DNA from: Mobula hypostoma
Taxonomy: Eukaryota
DNA length: 64,000 bases
Direction of reading: 5' to 3'
Assembly: GCF_963921235.1 (NCBI RefSeq)
Contig: NC_086108.1
Coordinates: 42,224,001-42,288,000 of the forward strand
Positions 60,900 to 64,000 of the stretch are shown in pieces. The first letter of the stretch is position 1; every line of letters starts with the position of its first letter. Below the pieces are notes generated by a model, which was not told the origin of the DNA, did not search any database, and saw nothing but the letters and a program-made list of their open reading frames with translations. Both the position numbers and the translations under genes were made by a program.

Positions 60900-61285
60900 T
60901 TTATAGTATTGTAAGACATAGAAGTGCAATGCAGCTTTTATATATCACTCTGATGGAACCAGTGCATTACAAAAGCACTTCCAGGGAACATTGTCAAATA
61001 AAATTTGGCACAGTCAGAACGATATGGTGAGGCTGTAACTGCAGTCAGCAAAGAAGAGGAGTTTAAGGAGGAAAGAGAGCTGAGGGCAGGGAGGTTCAAC
61101 AATGGAATTCTAGAGATTAGTTCTTTGGCACCCAGTAGATGAATGACTAAGTCTGAGAATACTCCAGAGGCCAGAATTGGAGGAGGGCAGATCTTGTCCA
61201 AAGGTTAATAAGCTGGAGGACATCGTAGAGACTAGAATGGCAAGGCCATGGAAGGACTTAAAAGGAGGATAAAAATCTCAAAATT
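60900..61285 (-). mobile_element. Old L2-like 3' fragment
   Basis: Purine-rich pattern TTTAAGGAGGAAAGAGAG...GGAATTCTAGAG typical of antisense L2 ends; recognition only. Confidence 0.45.
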
Positions 61286-63389
61286 CACATGTGCTTCACT
61301 TGAAAGTGTTTACTGCATAATTATTTGAGGCTTGTATTGTCTTGCAGGACTTTTTCAACACTGGAGATTCTTCACTCTGACTCAGTCTTCAGAGACCATC
61401 CATGTTGTGCTATTCTTCTGCCCGTCCTCATCTGTTGTATTTTTAACAATAATAGTGAGGCATCTAGCAGCCTTTGAAACATCAACATGCAGTTTGTGCA
61501 TTCTTGCTAAGTCATTTGAATAGATGGTCTGGACCTAATTCATTGATATTCATAAAGGAATTTACCTGGTGTATATGCTGCGCCATGCTTTGAAATCTCA
61601 AACTTTCATTTCATATAGTAAATGAAGCAGGAGTATCAATACTTGCAAAACTCATTACCTTAAAGTTAAAGGAAATACCTAATTTCATTTTCAAACTGTA
61701 GAATCTGTGAATGATTATAGAATTGTGATTCTAACTACAACAAGTTACAACAGCGACAGCATTTTTGTTCCTAACAATCTCATCTACCTACTAGAGATCA
61801 GTCTTTATCGTACTCCTTTGTTTGGTTGTAGACTACCCTGATACTTATTATAATTTCTTGATTGTGTGGAGTCTTTTATGGATGAACCTTGGTATGTGTT
61901 CAGATTTGCTTTTAACACTAATTATGAATATCAATTTTAAGCTTAATTTTGATGATTTATCTAAAAATATATCTGACTGTAAGCTGTTTTATTGCTGAAT
62001 TCTCTGTATGCACAAGACATGCTTAAGTAGATGCAACGAGAATGTTCTTAAATCTACAAAAGCACAAAATGCAATATACCTTTACACAAATATAATCATA
62101 ATATCAAAGGTTATTGTTGCTTGAATGTTCAGAAACAGACTGGGAGAGATGATTGAAACTCAGTTAAGATATATGACACAAGAATAAATCATCTGCCTCA
62201 CCCTATACAAGGAGAGGCCTTTGTAATTTCAGGTCATAACTTGTTCAGAAGCATGACCTTAAAAAAGTGCTGTCACATATCAGCAGCATATTTAAAGAAT
62301 CTATCTTTTCCAAAGAATGCATCGTAATCACAGTTTCATTATCATGACAAGGTTGGCTAATTAGACTTTCTGCTATGATTTGCAAAGAAAGTTAGCTAAT
62401 AAAGAAATTCATTGAGTCTTTGTCATGAACTCAATTTGTCCCAAGCTTCTTTACAATTGATTAAATAATTAGGAAATGTACTCACTTTCACATGAAGGAA
62501 ACTCAACAGCAATATGTGGATTGCAGGACAAACAAACTGTTGTGTAAAAGTGTTAAGACTATTTATTTTGGTGATGTTGACCTGCTCTTCTTCAAAACTG
62601 TGCATGGGATATTTTCTGTGCATAGATGAAGTGCCAAGTGAGACCATCTAAGGCTCTGATTTGTGCAATATACATTAGAATTGAACTAAAAGGTGAAAGA
62701 ATAAAATGCAGCATTTACGTTCCTGTAATTGTAAGGTGAAATTGTGAGGTTCCCGTAACTGTACTCTGATTCTGCATTGCCTGTTAATTCACCTTGAAAT
62801 CTTATCTGCCAGGAAACATGAACTTGTCAGATACTGCAGTGTTAATTATTCTTCTATTATGAAGCTAATTGCTGCAAAAATGTGTAGATATTTTATGTGA
62901 ATCTAAAAACTAGAATTGAATCTCGTACCTTCATATCAAAAGATAACCGCCATTGGAGCCAAGCTCAAAATTGCTGTGGTCCTAAACCTAAAAATTCAAT
63001 GTTCTTTTAATTTTGTAGACTAACTTGAAGAAGCATCTATGAAGTAAATTTTCAAAAATAATGTGACTTAAGTCCAGGTTGATAAAACAGGATTTGAATT
63101 TTTAATACATTTGACAGGATAATTTCAATGAATCAATAATTCAATTCAAATTTTAATTAAAAAATTTGATAATTTCAATATCTGAATGAATGAATAAATA
63201 AATAAATTTGTGTTATTTTTATCTCTCCAATGCAGCTTTTAATTTCGAGTTTGACACAAGTAACAGGGTTCTGAACAGTACACTTTGAATTTCGGAACTA
63301 ATTACACCCTGGTCCCCCTTGCCTCATGATTAGTAACTGTTGTGTTTTAAGTACACTTTTCAAAATAGTTATGCAACAAGTGTTTTTGT

Positions 63390-63523
63390 CAAGACGAGAG
63401 ACTGCAGGTGCTGGAATCTGGAGCAACAAAGAGAAACTGTCAGAGGAATTCACCAGGTGGAAGGGGCATCTGCGGAAGGAAAGGCATTTTCAATGAGTCT
63501 GGTTGAAGCCCTGCATCAGGACA
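63390..63523 (-). mobile_element. Decayed Penelope terminal fragment with hammerhead remnant
   Basis: GAGACTGCAGGTGCTGGAATCTGGAGCAAC terminus; minus strand GTCCTGATGCAGGGC remnant. Confidence 0.55.
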
Positions 63524-64000
63524 TACTGTACAGCTATTTTATCTCCATAATCTTAGTTAATGGGTCAAAATTTCCCTAGGAGTTTCACAAAAATGAAGCT
63601 TCCCAATTCCTGCTTGTTAATGAGCCCACAGGAGCAGACTGATAAAATAATTCAAGGATCTGTAAAGGTAGTCTTCGCAGCAAATAGGCACGTAAGGGAT
63701 ATTGTGCTGAAGCTGAGGTAGGTTTTCTGAGGACAATTCAAGACAAATGAGGACACAGTCTAGGCAATTTTACCAGTTTCTAATCATTTTGTAGGATTCT
63801 GATTGCAGACATAGGTGTATAAATAAATAGACTATGATTTTGAGTATATTGGGAGAAAAGTGGAAGAGAATGTTCAGAAAATAGGTGAAACAGCAGAAAT
63901 ATGATGTCTGTGCTACAGTCTTCTGTGAGGCAGACCAAATGGTATATAATTAATCTGACTTTTAATTGGATATTTTTAGAAGTCAAAACATGGGTAGACC

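Noticed and set aside
55822..64000. Next CAMSAP2 exon (expected to begin VNEHL-like) and, upstream, the preceding exon (ending KPIQM-like)
   Set aside because: I could not find either by eye. They probably lie outside the window, though a short diverged exon could be missed.
1..64000. Prokaryotic or viral system (operon, retron, endogenous virus)
   Set aside because: No gene-dense region, and all RT motifs belong to eukaryotic non-LTR or Penelope clades. No gag/integrase/LTR or viral structural ORF was recognised.

Overview
Eukaryotic (vertebrate) genomic DNA, AT-rich and dominated by decayed transposable elements. The repeat mix (CR1 with an SGNH-type ORF1, Penelope/Neptune, Rex-Babar, RTE, L2, tRNA-SINEs, Tigger-type MITEs) suggests a cartilaginous fish such as a ray; this is an inference. 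The only host coding sequence I can support is one 162-nt phase 0-0 exon at 55660-55821 (+), matching CAMSAP2 (SAHLAMIDTLMMAYTVEM...PYDIEDA..WINK). The window is therefore probably the long intron upstream of this exon plus about 8 kb of the next intron. All long ORFs in the track are retroelement remnants. The most interesting signals are RNA-level. (1) A family of minimal type I hammerhead ribozymes sits in Penelope-derived termini (about 11 copies). One intact copy lies in the loop of a perfect 62-bp inverted repeat bounded by a 14-bp target-site duplication. (2) A CPEB3/HDV-like pseudoknot ribozyme candidate lies near the 5' end of a near-full-length RTE retrotransposon. Repeat boundaries were read by eye and are approximate unless a TSD or TIR is quoted.
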